A DNA stretch of 64,000 bases, from the NCBI RefSeq assembly GCF_031769215.1, contig NW_026781955.1, forward strand, positions 1,860,001-1,924,000. Direction: 5' to 3'. The notes below the pieces were generated by a model. It ran no database searches. It was not told the origin of the DNA and saw only the letters and a list, made by a program, of their open reading frames with translations. Every line of letters starts with the position of its first letter. Position 1 is the stretch's first letter. The translations under genes were made by a program, and so were the position numbers. Positions 52,331 to 64,000 of this stretch are shown here, in pieces. This stretch comes from Ylistrum balloti. Its lineage: Eukaryota.

Positions 52331-55300
52331 GGTGGTAGTTTTCTTTTCATACGTCGTCTGTTTTAATTTGTAAATCCATCATGTAGTTCAACAACGGTGG
52401 GAAAACCAGTGGATATTTTGGGAATGGATATAGATTACAAAACCATTAGAGTTTCTGAGTTCAAGCTGAGGAAATTATGCCATCATGTCTTACTGAAAAA
52501 AAAAGTTAAGGGTGTCAGTTATTTGTTCCATTACACTTACAGACTTCAAGAATTTGATATGTATAAGAGAACGAGAAGAATCGACAGCCCAAATCAACGA
52601 AGAGAAACACCAACTGGTGATTATATTCCATTTCAAAGAAATTTTGATTGCATATTTAAACTACACAGACCAGGAATCGAACCCAGATCCCTCGGACTCT
52701 ACATGAACTCTACATGACCAGATACATGAGTATCAAATTCAAATTCAGATCTTATTATACTGTGAACAATATAAGACCGAATTTTATTGCTATTAATCTG
52801 GACGAAAGGTTCGGTGGAAAATTTAGCATGGAGCGTTGAGATGTATGGCAAAGAAACATATATTTCTGCACAATTGACAGCAACGATAACGACTAAGATA
52901 AAAGTAATGTAAGAAAAATAAAGCTAGACAATACCGCATATTATAGTCCATTGCTGAAGGTCACAGACCAGAGCGGTCTTGTTTTGATACATGACACGAC
53001 GCCAAAACGAAGTCAACCAATACCTTAAGAATGAAGTTCCAGTGATAAGTAGTGTAGATGTTAAAGCCAGGGACAGGGAAAACTATTTCCTTGAAATAGG
53101 TCAAACATCAAAAATGTAGGACAGAATGACCTACTTTTGATACTCTGAACACTGCCTCATTAAGGTGAACCCATACCTCAGCTACATGTATGAGATATCA
53201 ATGTCTAGTAATGTAGGAGAGAGCCACATCAAATTATTGCATTGACTGTACAATGTACATATGTAGGCCAAAGGTCATAATATCGGCCAGAATTACCTAA
53301 TTTTGAAATATGACACCACCACACCAAGGTGAACCCACACCCAAGTATGAAGTTCCAGTAACTATTAATGTGGGATATTTAGCAGGGAAAAACTTTATTT
53401 AGTAATTCAAATGTCCAAATGAAGGATGACAGACACAATCAAAAACTCAGGCCCCAGGTTGGAATTATTATTATTCATTCACCCAATTTTGGTTGAGATA
53501 GTGGGATCTCATCTCTTTGGGCAAGGATAATAAGTTGCAAACACCATACAAGCCTCCTGATTATTACCCCACTTTCTCATCTCACAGGGGATGAAGTATT
53601 CTCTTGGTCTCGCATCTGCTAAATATTTCTGATCTCAGATTATGTTCCATTCTATCTTAGATTTAGTACAATACCTATGAAGATAAAAGTCTTTAATCAT
53701 TATGAACGGTTGTAGGTGATAACTAGATTTTAATTTTTGGTACAAGTAGAATTTGTTACCATTATCTAAAGAATTCATCTTGTTAAAAAAAAATGTTTTT
53801 AATAAACATACTCTTTATTGCTGATTTAGTGTTGTGCATAGGTCAAGAAGTTTTCTTCCAAACCATGAACACTGAAACTGTAAGTAGCAGTACTTAAAAA
53901 TGTATACCAACTATATGTACCACTGTATCACTGTCACATGTACCAGGTTTTGTTTAACCAAAGTACGAGGGCTTCTACAGTGTATAAATACGCACTATCA
54001 GTGGAATAACGAGCTGGATATCAGCACAGTTGAAGCTGCTTTATCTGTCATCTTATCTTTCAACAAATTTTGCAATCATCTTTCCTATGAATCAATAAAT
54101 CAGGACAGACAAAACTTTAAAAAGGCATTTAATTAACTTTTTGTTTCACAGTTTCATTAAAAGTAATCAGACATCAAATTTCTGGAATATTTCAATTCAC
54201 ATCACACAAAATCTGCCAGTCATGGACAAATATTGCTCATTTTCATTAGATTCATTCTCATTTAAAAATCCCAAACTCCCAAACTATCTTATCAAACTAC
54301 TATTTTACTTGTATACATGGATATATTTCCTCGACAACATTCTCAAAAATGAAAGCGATAATCATGGACTTGGCTCTAACTAATTTTTGGCCAGCACACG
54401 TCACTGTTGTAATTAGGCTTCATATAAATATGCTTGAGTTGTCTGTCTCATATACCTACGAACAAAGAACTCAAGCATATACTAAATGTGCCTGTACATA
54501 TTTAAAGCCTTACAACAGTGATGTAGCCCTGTGTTCTAATCAATCCCCATGCAATTTGCATTATGTGTATGTGCTACATAAATTGGGCATAGAGCAAATG
54601 ATTATGCTCAACAATGTACAGTGTATGTACATAATAACAAGGTAATTGCCATAAGCATGAACTATATCTAAGTCTGTTTAAGTACCCTGGCAATGTATCA
54701 TAGGTAAAGAAACAAAACAGAACTCGTAAACAAATATACTTGTACACTGATTTAATCAAAATACTTTTAATTGTCTTAGAATTAGCATAGTTCAGAAAAA
54801 CATCATTTGACTACAAAATACTTTTGAAATGTTTGATATGACATAGAGGCAGTTCTTCCCTGCCCACATCTATAAATCACCTACATTTGTAATTTAACAT
54901 AAACACGGGATCAGCATAATTTTACTTATCTATAGTTAGAGCACTATATCAACATTTGGAACAGAGACGTATGTAACACAGATCTATACTTATTTATATC
55001 TCTGTTTGGAGAGAGAGAAAACAGAGGTTTTTTAATTTTTACATTATTAATTAAATCTACTCTGTATTCCCTGTTGGTGTTTTGTAGTGAAGTAGGAAGT
55101 GCAAAGCATAAAAATGACATGACATCTAACTAAAATGCGAACACAATTTCTTCTGGTGGATTTCAGACATTCAAATCTTGCTTTAATATATATAGTATCT
55201 AAGGATACAGTTTTCATTCAATGTATGGCACACAGACAAAATACTTTAAATTCTTTATTCGGATAATTGTTGGAACCTGACGTATACATGTTTTGGCAAG

Positions 55301-57503
55301 AATGTTATTAAAAATACTGACAGAGATCATGGTGAACATGAACAAACAAAAATAGCATTCTGTGTGGAAATAATAGAAAGGTTTTACCTTTTCCACTTCA
55401 ATAACTCTGAACTCAGGGATTTCATCATTATCATCTAAATAGGGTAAAAAGCTGAAAAAGCTGTTTCTATTTACTCTGTTAACTACGGATTTAAAAACGT
55501 ATCTTCCAATTTCAATTATCAATATTGCATTACAGAAATATTTGACAGCACGGTGTTTACTAAGCAATACAAATTTGTGATCATGCATCCATTTTTTACA
55601 AAATTGAATGAATAAATTTCATTGATTTGACCTAATTTAGTTAGCATATTTTCAACAAATATTCATCATACACTTACCAAGGATGTATAATACAATGTAT
55701 GTATAATGCTTGCCCTTGTTCCTTGCATTTATATTAAGTTAATTTATCACTAATATATACAGTCAACATATAATATTCAATTGCAGTATCAATAACCAAT
55801 AGTCAATAATCAATATCATTTACCATAATCAAATGATCATCATAAATATCATATTACATACATACATAATCAATCTATGTGTATGTTTACTCCTCATGTT
55901 TACATCAAATACATACAGTATCCATACAATAACAGTATACCAATCATCAGTGTTATCCTTATACATTAATGCCATGGAAAAAATGAATTACACACATCAA
56001 ACATTCATATCCCAAAATTTAAATCTGAACTCCATTTTCCCCGATATATGTGAAAAATTTGTATGACATCTACGGAATGTGAAAACACATGATTCGATCA
56101 TGTTTAGAGATGGATTGTTATTGATATACAAAAATAATAAACATTTATAAAATTACAAAAAAAGGGAAAAAAAAGAAAAGAACACAATGTGTAAAGATTG
56201 AGGATATCTATAAACAAAGTCTCCTTTTCCCAAGGTTACTGCGGTCAGGTATAGGTTCATGTATTTAATATCTTAACACCTATGGAGGACTCAAAAATAA
56301 ACAAATGTTTTGAATGATGGGTAGGTTACATAAAATTATTCTGCAAATATGGTTTGATTTATTGTTGTTTTACGTTCTATCAATAGCCAAGGTCATTTAA
56401 GGACGTGTCAGGTTTTGGTGGCAGAGGAAAGCTGGAGTTCCTGTTGAAAAACCACTGACCTGCAGTGCAGATAACATGTACAATATAATTATCTCTGTGG
56501 ATGGTCCCTGTTTGATAAACTTTGGAATCTTCATTCTTGGTATTTTAAATTTTACACAAATAATAACAAGACATAAAACTAAGATAAATTTTGAGACTAG
56601 ACTTTATGTTACCAATGCTTTAAACGGTAAAGATAATCACATATGTTTTCATTACGACACTTTCAAATTTTCCTACACTCAATGTGTCTTTACAGTAAGA
56701 AGTCAAAATGCAATTTGAACCAATTATGTTTATAAAGCATTTCATGATAGTGTAGGGTATGCCATGATCACCTGTCCACCAAGCTGCATTACATATTCCC
56801 ATATCCATCCAGTCTCAAGTCCACACCTAACACGCATTGTAATGAATCCACACATATCCTATAGGCATCCTTGGATTTTTTTTATTTATGCGATGGTTGA
56901 CTGGATTCAGTCCAAGATCAATTTAATGTACAAAAGAGCTTACTGGCTGTGATGCATATATGAAAGTCACTTTAATGTGGTCTGGTTTATTTTTATTTTC
57001 TTTCAATAAAAGCCCACAAAGAGAACTGTGGTCTATTGGCCAGTTCTATTGTTGTTCTTCTACAGTTGTGATGATTTGTTCTTGAAATGTTGATGTATGT
57101 AGTATTATAAAATCTATTAACTAACAAATAAAGAGATATGAGAAGATGGTAATTATACAGTCATGTTTCTCTAACCCGGGACAGGTGTATCCACACTTTC
57201 TCCAAAATCTGTGATAAACAAGTCTTGATTTTCCAAAGAGAAGACAGTTTAAGTATGCATTGTTTAAGAAAATGACATTACATATATAATAGGCAAACCT
57301 CATGTTTGGCACTTAAGAATCTTTAACCTCAGGTTGAGATCCTCCGTTTCTATGTTATCTCATTTACACTGATACAAATGTCCACTTCAATACAGCTGAG
57401 TCTACTTTATACATTGTAAGATATATCAATCACACTGCATATCCAGAAACAGCTCTCCTTATAGTAGGCCAACTTCTCTCCCATAAGACATCTATCTTTA
57501 GTG

Positions 57504-60500
57504 CTATGAGGGAAGGATGGAGAGAAGGCAGAACATATAAAGGGGAAGCACAAGATTGTCAATTTGACTAGTGAGGGCCTCAAGGAGTGAGGTCAAAATT
57601 ACAGCTTGGATACTCTGCCAAAGCACCACAACAACACCTATAAATGAAGAAAAAAAATATATATATTTAAACAAATTCAATAAAGGACACATTCAAAGAA
57701 AAGCTGTTTTGTTTTTCGTATAATTTTTTCTGCTTTTGAGGGAGGACATTTCAAGTTTTACGAAAATCTGAAGCAAGAAGAATGCATAGGGTTTTCCTAT
57801 AGTAGACATAAATCAGAATATAGTTTTCAAAAATGCAAAAAATTTTTTTGTTTCTTTTTTCGACAATGCATTAATGTTTTTTGCAAGTATAATGTTTTTT
57901 TTTTTCCATTTTTAAAAAGATAAAATAATTTGATTCTTGATTGAGGTGACAAAATAAAATAAACTTCAATGAGTATTTATATTTCATTATATATCACCAT
58001 TATGGCTCTTGGATATAGATTTAATGATTATTCAGCATGAAACAGATAAAAAAAAATTCTGTGAATGTTAAAATACTGTACCTAATTTGGAAAGACCGTA
58101 TAGAGCAGCTAGCTGTGAGATTACAGCAAACATGGTACCCTCAATGGTTTTCTTACTCCCTGTATAAAAGATGTAATAAACATTTAAATCCAATTTACCA
58201 GTAAAAATTAACATGGTAATTGGACAAATATATTTTACTATAAATATAAATACAATCATGTGTTTTAAGGGTAATGTTATTTTAGCACTTTTCATGCTGA
58301 AACTACAGTAATTATCCTCAAATTAGCCTCCTCCTTAGAGTAAAAGTTTAGTATTCCAGTTTAGGATGGGCTTATTTGTGAACCACTTTCAGCTTAATAT
58401 CTTGATATTGATGGGCAGATGCTTATTTGCAGGCAGGTGCTCAAAAATACTGTAATTGTACAAAATAATTTATATTTTCATTAATCAACAGCAAAGATAC
58501 GTTCAAATTATTTGAAAAATATTGTGTCTATTTACAAAAATTAATTCTAGTTCTGGCAATATCTAATGGGCATTTTTGAGTTATGCAAAGTTAGATACAA
58601 GATACAAAATTTAACTTAAAAGGGGAAATTCTGAACTTCGAGAATTGACTCCAGGAATATTACACTTTATATCAAATAAGCATGACAGAAAGGACTGGCT
58701 CCTCATCATTTCTTATTTCAATTATCTTTCAACTATCACAGTTTTTTTTACTTATATGTACATGTATATCCATTCTGACTGAATAAGGCAAACTTACAAT
58801 GTATATAATATGATTTTTCTACCAGTTATTGTCAAATGTTTCTCTCTTTGGTGATAGAATATTTCTATACAGTACGTTTTACATTTTACATGCACACATA
58901 TTCTGGATTGTCTTTTGATACAGACATGTATACAAATGTATTTTTCAAAATATTTGGAAAATCAACTTTAAGAAAAAAAAACTTTTAACTTAGCCAGAGC
59001 AATGAAACTTTTATTCTTTCATCATTACTACATTTTTCCCAACAAAAAGTTAACCAGTTAATTTTGGGACTCAAATAATCAAGTTCTGAACATATGGACT
59101 CACTATATCATAACATTATATCACTACACAAAGTGGCCTCAAAATTTTCACAATGAGACCCCTCGCGGGCTTACATCCAGGCCAACAAGAGTGATTAGTA
59201 TAAGTTCAAATAACTTGTTGTAAAATAAATAAAGTTTATGGTTTTATAGTTATATCTAACTAGAAAAATGCCCTGCAAAACTGACAGAAAACAAACCTAG
59301 CCACTGGTGTTTTCCAAAATAGGTGCCTCCTAATGATGCCATTGTATCCCCTACTCCAAGGGAGAGAACTCCTGCATACAATCTTAAGTCAGAACCTGTG
59401 AGTGAAGAATTTAGAATTATCATCTCACTTAACACAATAAAATGAACATCAAATCATATACAGGTGATCGCTGGGAAATAACTGTATAAATTTCAAGCCA
59501 CGGAAACAAGTTGGTTGCTAGGTGGACTTGTTATCGTTAGATACAGAAATAAACACAAATATGTCCTACTGGTCAGTGCACCGAAACAGTACACGCATGT
59601 AGATATAGGGGTCTCATCTGTATCTGATAGAAAAGTCCTATTTACAAAGATAATGATGTCTCCTTATATGGAATTTACAGAAGAGTATACCTAGAGAGGT
59701 AATGGATCAAACATTGCCATTGCAGGAATGGTATAGGGGTAAAACTGGGAGATTTTCACACATAATTTTGTTGTAAATCTTGTTGAAGTTTTCAGAAAGT
59801 AATACATCAAATAAAAAATTTCATTATCTTTATTCAGAATCATACAGTTCTCCCATGATATTAAAGTCTCAAGGAACCCCTGTGGATATGACATCTGTGC
59901 CAGTAACATTGCATATGACAAGAATTATATTTCCTACAATAACATATATCACTAATAGCCTACAGATGGCTGTTAGGCCTGATAACATCAGCAAACACAA
60001 CAATTGTGGTATTCAGAGAAAATTTATTTATCAATCATATATATATAAAGTACTTACTATTCAATTTGTCCATTGGAACTATCCACATTGGCAAAAACAT
60101 TCCAAGCAGTAGATACAATGGTGTCAGAATTATCTCCCCTTGATCTTGACTATCAACAAACAGTTTGTAGTTCTTTTTTAAAGTTGTTCCGAGAGGCCAT
60201 ATATGATTCATTCGCATCACCTGAAAAATGGATTTATTGTCATTTATTTGACTCATTCACATAAGTTATACATGTACATTGTACATTTGTATGGATTCAA
60301 ATAAACAGAATGCACATTTTCTGGTTATGTATAAATGTGTGAAATCAAGGAAAATTACCTGAAATTACCGTAAAATCATTAATTTTTGAGGGACTCAAAA
60401 TTCATGGATTTTCGAAACTATACATTTTTTATTCCACTTGATATTATGGATAAATCTTGATCACCTTATTCACTAAAGCTACAATAATCTATCATTTTGT

Positions 60501-63500
60501 GGTCATAAAACTTATCGGATTTAAAGCACCAAAGAAACCAATGAAAAAAAGAATTGATGATTTCACAAGAATAGACTGAAGGTTTTTTAAGCCAACCAGA
60601 AGAAGATTTTATTGTTACGTATCGATGACTACATGGTCACGTTAATAAGACAAATTATCAGCTGTGTGAAGCATACTAGCACAGATGTATGTAGTGGACA
60701 AGTTGGAAAGGAAAACAATTCAGCTGTATTATAATTCTATGTACACTTAGGTCAAAAACAGTGTGACAAGATGGTAAATAGATTACAGAAATGGAAAAAA
60801 AATCACAAGATGGTAACAGTGTACTTGTATTGGAGTTGATTTGGCTATAATTTGTTCTGAAGTAAGTAATGATTTTACAGTTTTTTTTCTCACCAGTACA
60901 GCTTTGTCTGATATATCTAAAATGTTTTTTACATTGTTTTTCAAAATATATTGAAACACCAACTCCAGTCACATTCACAACATCTTTATAGTTTTGAGAT
61001 TTAGTTTTTAAAGAAGTTTGTCTTGGAATGATGGAAAGAAATACACATTTAAGTAAGAATCATTCAAAAGACATCATCAAGATTTCTTAAAATTTATAGT
61101 CTTGAATAGCAAAACTTTTTTTCAAATTGTTTTATTGGTTTGAACTTTGAAAAGATCCTGTGATCAGTCTGAACGTTGTAATAAAATAACCTCAAAGAAT
61201 TGTACTTTATTCAAACAGAATTTGCAACTTTCTATATTTTGTCATTTACAAGCACAATAGATTTTAAGGTAACAAATCTATTTATAGGTGACCTCTAGCA
61301 CTCACCTCTAGAATGACCATGACCCCTAGAGCTATGACTGAGGATGTCCACAGGAAGACTGGGTCCATCACCAGCCCAGGTATATAGACTGATAACATCA
61401 CAAGATGGAATATTTTACGCTGATTTGACGATGCCTGTCCACTGTAGGTGTTCCTCAGATAAACAGTCAGAACACTGAACCCTATGAGGATGGTCCACAG
61501 AATCAGGAGCTTTTTCTATAAAATAATTTCCAATTGCTACATGTCAGCTGTACATGCAGATAAACATCTAAATAAATCATGCTGAAGTTGTAACTCGGTA
61601 AAATTTATTCAATTTTTTCTAAAATTTAGTAGATAATTTTGTATCTTATTTACATTTAAAATTACAAGTATGCATGTTTATTTTTGGGAAATTTATCTCA
61701 GTTGAACATCTGATCTGATTTTCATTCTATACATTTTACAGCGTACATACATTGAAAACATTACATGCCTTGTGAATCTAATGCATGCACTGAAACACCA
61801 CAATGTTCTCTGAGAGAATCTTTCACCATAAAAAAAAGCAAAATGATAAATATAAATAAAAGAATGTAAGAAGTCCAAAATTTCTTGACCAAACTTGCAA
61901 AGAAAGTCAGACATATGAAAACAATGACAATGAATACACACTTACCCTTGTTGGAGTTTTTAAAATGAACTCCAGGACATTGGTCAACATGCTTGACCCA
62001 AATGCCTGAAACAGGAGAGGCAGCACAACTGTCAAAGCTGTTGTACAAAACATCAGGTAAAATAAGGGTGTGGATCGTCCATTGGTTAACTGTCTGGCAA
62101 TCCAAAACTTGACTGTGCCAAATAACACTCCTTCAAAGGCCACCTGTACAAGCATATAACAAATTATTCCAATAATTCCAAATTTACATGTAACTTTCAA
62201 TATACTGTATGCACATGTATTCTTCAATCGTTGTATCCACATGTATTAGTCAACATCCTGTATTCACATGTATGCTTTAATATACTGTATTCACATGTAT
62301 CCTTCAATACATTATTTTCACATGTGTCTATGAATATGCAAATTTCTGGTAAGCTAATGCAAAGTCATTGTCCTATGGCAAACACATCCACTGTGCTTAA
62401 ATATAGATAGGTTTGCTGCCTCAATTATACATCAAATTCAATAAATGATTATGATCTATGTAAATAGCATTAAGTTTTGTTGTTTTTGTTTGTTTGGTTT
62501 TTTTTTTTGCTTTTTTTAAAAAAATTAATTCTTTTTCTTTTTTATATATTCTGTTTTCCTTATATTTTCCGAAATTGTAGTTCAGCCTCAAATATAGGAA
62601 AAGAAGTATACCTTACCACAGCTAGCTTCTGACCAGGAAGTAGATCATCCTGTATGTCAACCTCTCCCTATAACACACACAATTATGCTCTAAATTGATT
62701 GATATATATTTACAGTAAAATCTGAACATCTGAGGGTAATAAAACTATTGGTCTATCAAAATAGAATGCACACCTTTTTTATCAGAAATGAATGACAATA
62801 TACATATAAACTGCCACAGAACACAGATTAGAAAAACAAGGTGTCATTGCATATGTTATGTTTTCCGTTTTCCTTTTATTCTCAATTTCCTAATTAATAT
62901 TCCATATTTTGGTAAAAAGGTATATATATGCTTGCCATTCACCAGATGTAAGAACAAGTAGTTATGTAACAATAGCTATCTCCTCTTTTACAAATAGGTG
63001 GGCACGAGGCAAATGCTGGTAGTTATGTAACTCAAGTTATCTCCCCTTCAACATGTACATTTTTTCCCACATGACAGAAATGAAATCATTTTAATGGTGC
63101 CGTTTAATTCTAAGAATGACAAAGACAATATAGCCAAGACTTCAAAAATGAATGTTGTATTTGTAACAGACTATCTATCATTAATATCAGCATTAACCTG
63201 AGACCAACAGAGGAACCAGGAGGGGAAATGTATACAAATATTTGAAAACAATGCTAGATGTATATCATCACCCAAGGTTTGTACATTTTTTGAGTACATT
63301 TGAGACAGCAACTCTCTTTCATTAGTAAAGTCTGTATTTCCATCTTAACTACCCAATGTAAGATCCAATCAATACTCTCAGGGGCAAGTATGAAATAAGC
63401 AACACTCTAAATTCTATCATCACTTTGACTTCTTACCTTTACAACACCCAACGTAAGGGAGAGCATAACCAAAAGAACAAGTTGTAGTACCAGAGTTACC

Positions 63501-63600
63501 TCCCCTTCTGTGAATGACTTCGGAAACAACTCTGGAATCTTTGACAGGAGCATGAAGAACAAGATGCAGATTGCTCCAAATAAACACAGACTCAACACAT
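57504..63600 (-). CDS. DOLK: Dolichol kinase, 5'-partial; exons 63437-63600, 62617-62667, 61946-62143, 61306-61515, 60058-60220, 59297-59395, 58082-58159, 57504-57637
   Basis: In-phase GT-AG exons. Motifs FPKSFTEGE, RKIFHL...YIPG, DSQDQGEIILTPLYLLLG, YAGVLSLGVGDTMAS..G..FGK..W.GSKKTIEG, LLEALTSQIDNLVLP; polytopic hydrophobic pattern. No start codon found within the window. Confidence 0.9.
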
Positions 63601-64000
63601 CTGCACATGAAATATGAAGATATATTGTATCTTGCTTGAGTTTCCATGTTATATGCTATTTATGAAACAAGTATGATGTACATATCTTAGCCCTGGTGAG
63701 CTCTAAAGAAGGCAAGTATCATACGTTGCATGAATAGAGAGGTATGTTTTATGTGTTACAAAAGCTATCATATCACAATATGCATGACAAGATAAGGTTT
63801 TCAAAAATAATGATTCAGCCTTCAAAGAAATAATTCAATATTTTGATTGTAAATTATTCATTAAAATGACATTCAAAAGAAGCCAGAACAATAACCCGTC
63901 AATATTGTCACTTAGTTTTCAAACAAGGCATCAAAAATGTTAATAATCCACTTGCAGTTCAATTCTACTAAAGTGCAACAAAGCAAACTATTTGTAGCCC

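Noticed and set aside
55214-55588. 124-aa ORF between DOLK and MRPS30, plus many 60-100 aa ORFs
   Set aside because: AT-rich, low-information translations (F/I/L/Y-rich), no motifs or exon partners.
1-64000. Horizontally transferred bacterial island or contamination, prompted by the DUF3987-like gene
   Set aside because: The gene is spliced, carries polyQ and sits among conserved eukaryotic genes; no operon, RBS-linked ORF cluster or prokaryotic gene density.

Overview
AT-rich (roughly one third GC) eukaryotic genomic DNA with GT-AG introns. Gene content and repeat families point to a mollusc, probably a bivalve (inference). I built six protein-coding genes by hand from splice sites and reading-frame phase. 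(1,2) Two head-to-head paralogues encode secreted temptin-domain + copper type II ascorbate-dependent monooxygenases (DBH/TBH/MOXD1-like; minus 1912-8520, plus 15009-23714) with matching exon structure. (3) A two-exon gene encodes a DUF3987/YfjI-like P-loop protein with a polyQ tract (26934-30253). (4) An intronless RING-Bbox-Bbox-coiled-coil-NHL TRIM gene (33106-35034). (5) Mitochondrial ribosomal protein MRPS30/mL65 (minus 43991-51404). (6) The 3' part of dolichol kinase DOLK (minus 57504-63600; 5' end not found in the window). Non-genic content: several unrelated minisatellite arrays, two copies of a TIR-bounded MITE, decayed Penelope-like retroelement fragments, SINE/HINE-like fragments and two assembly gaps. 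The three most interesting observations are a His-to-Met swap at a CuH copper ligand in one monooxygenase paralogue, an apparently domesticated DUF3987-like ATPase with degenerate Walker motifs, and a minisatellite built from a MITE terminal repeat. No CRISPR array, rRNA or intact tRNA is supported. Family assignments come from motif recognition, not database searches.
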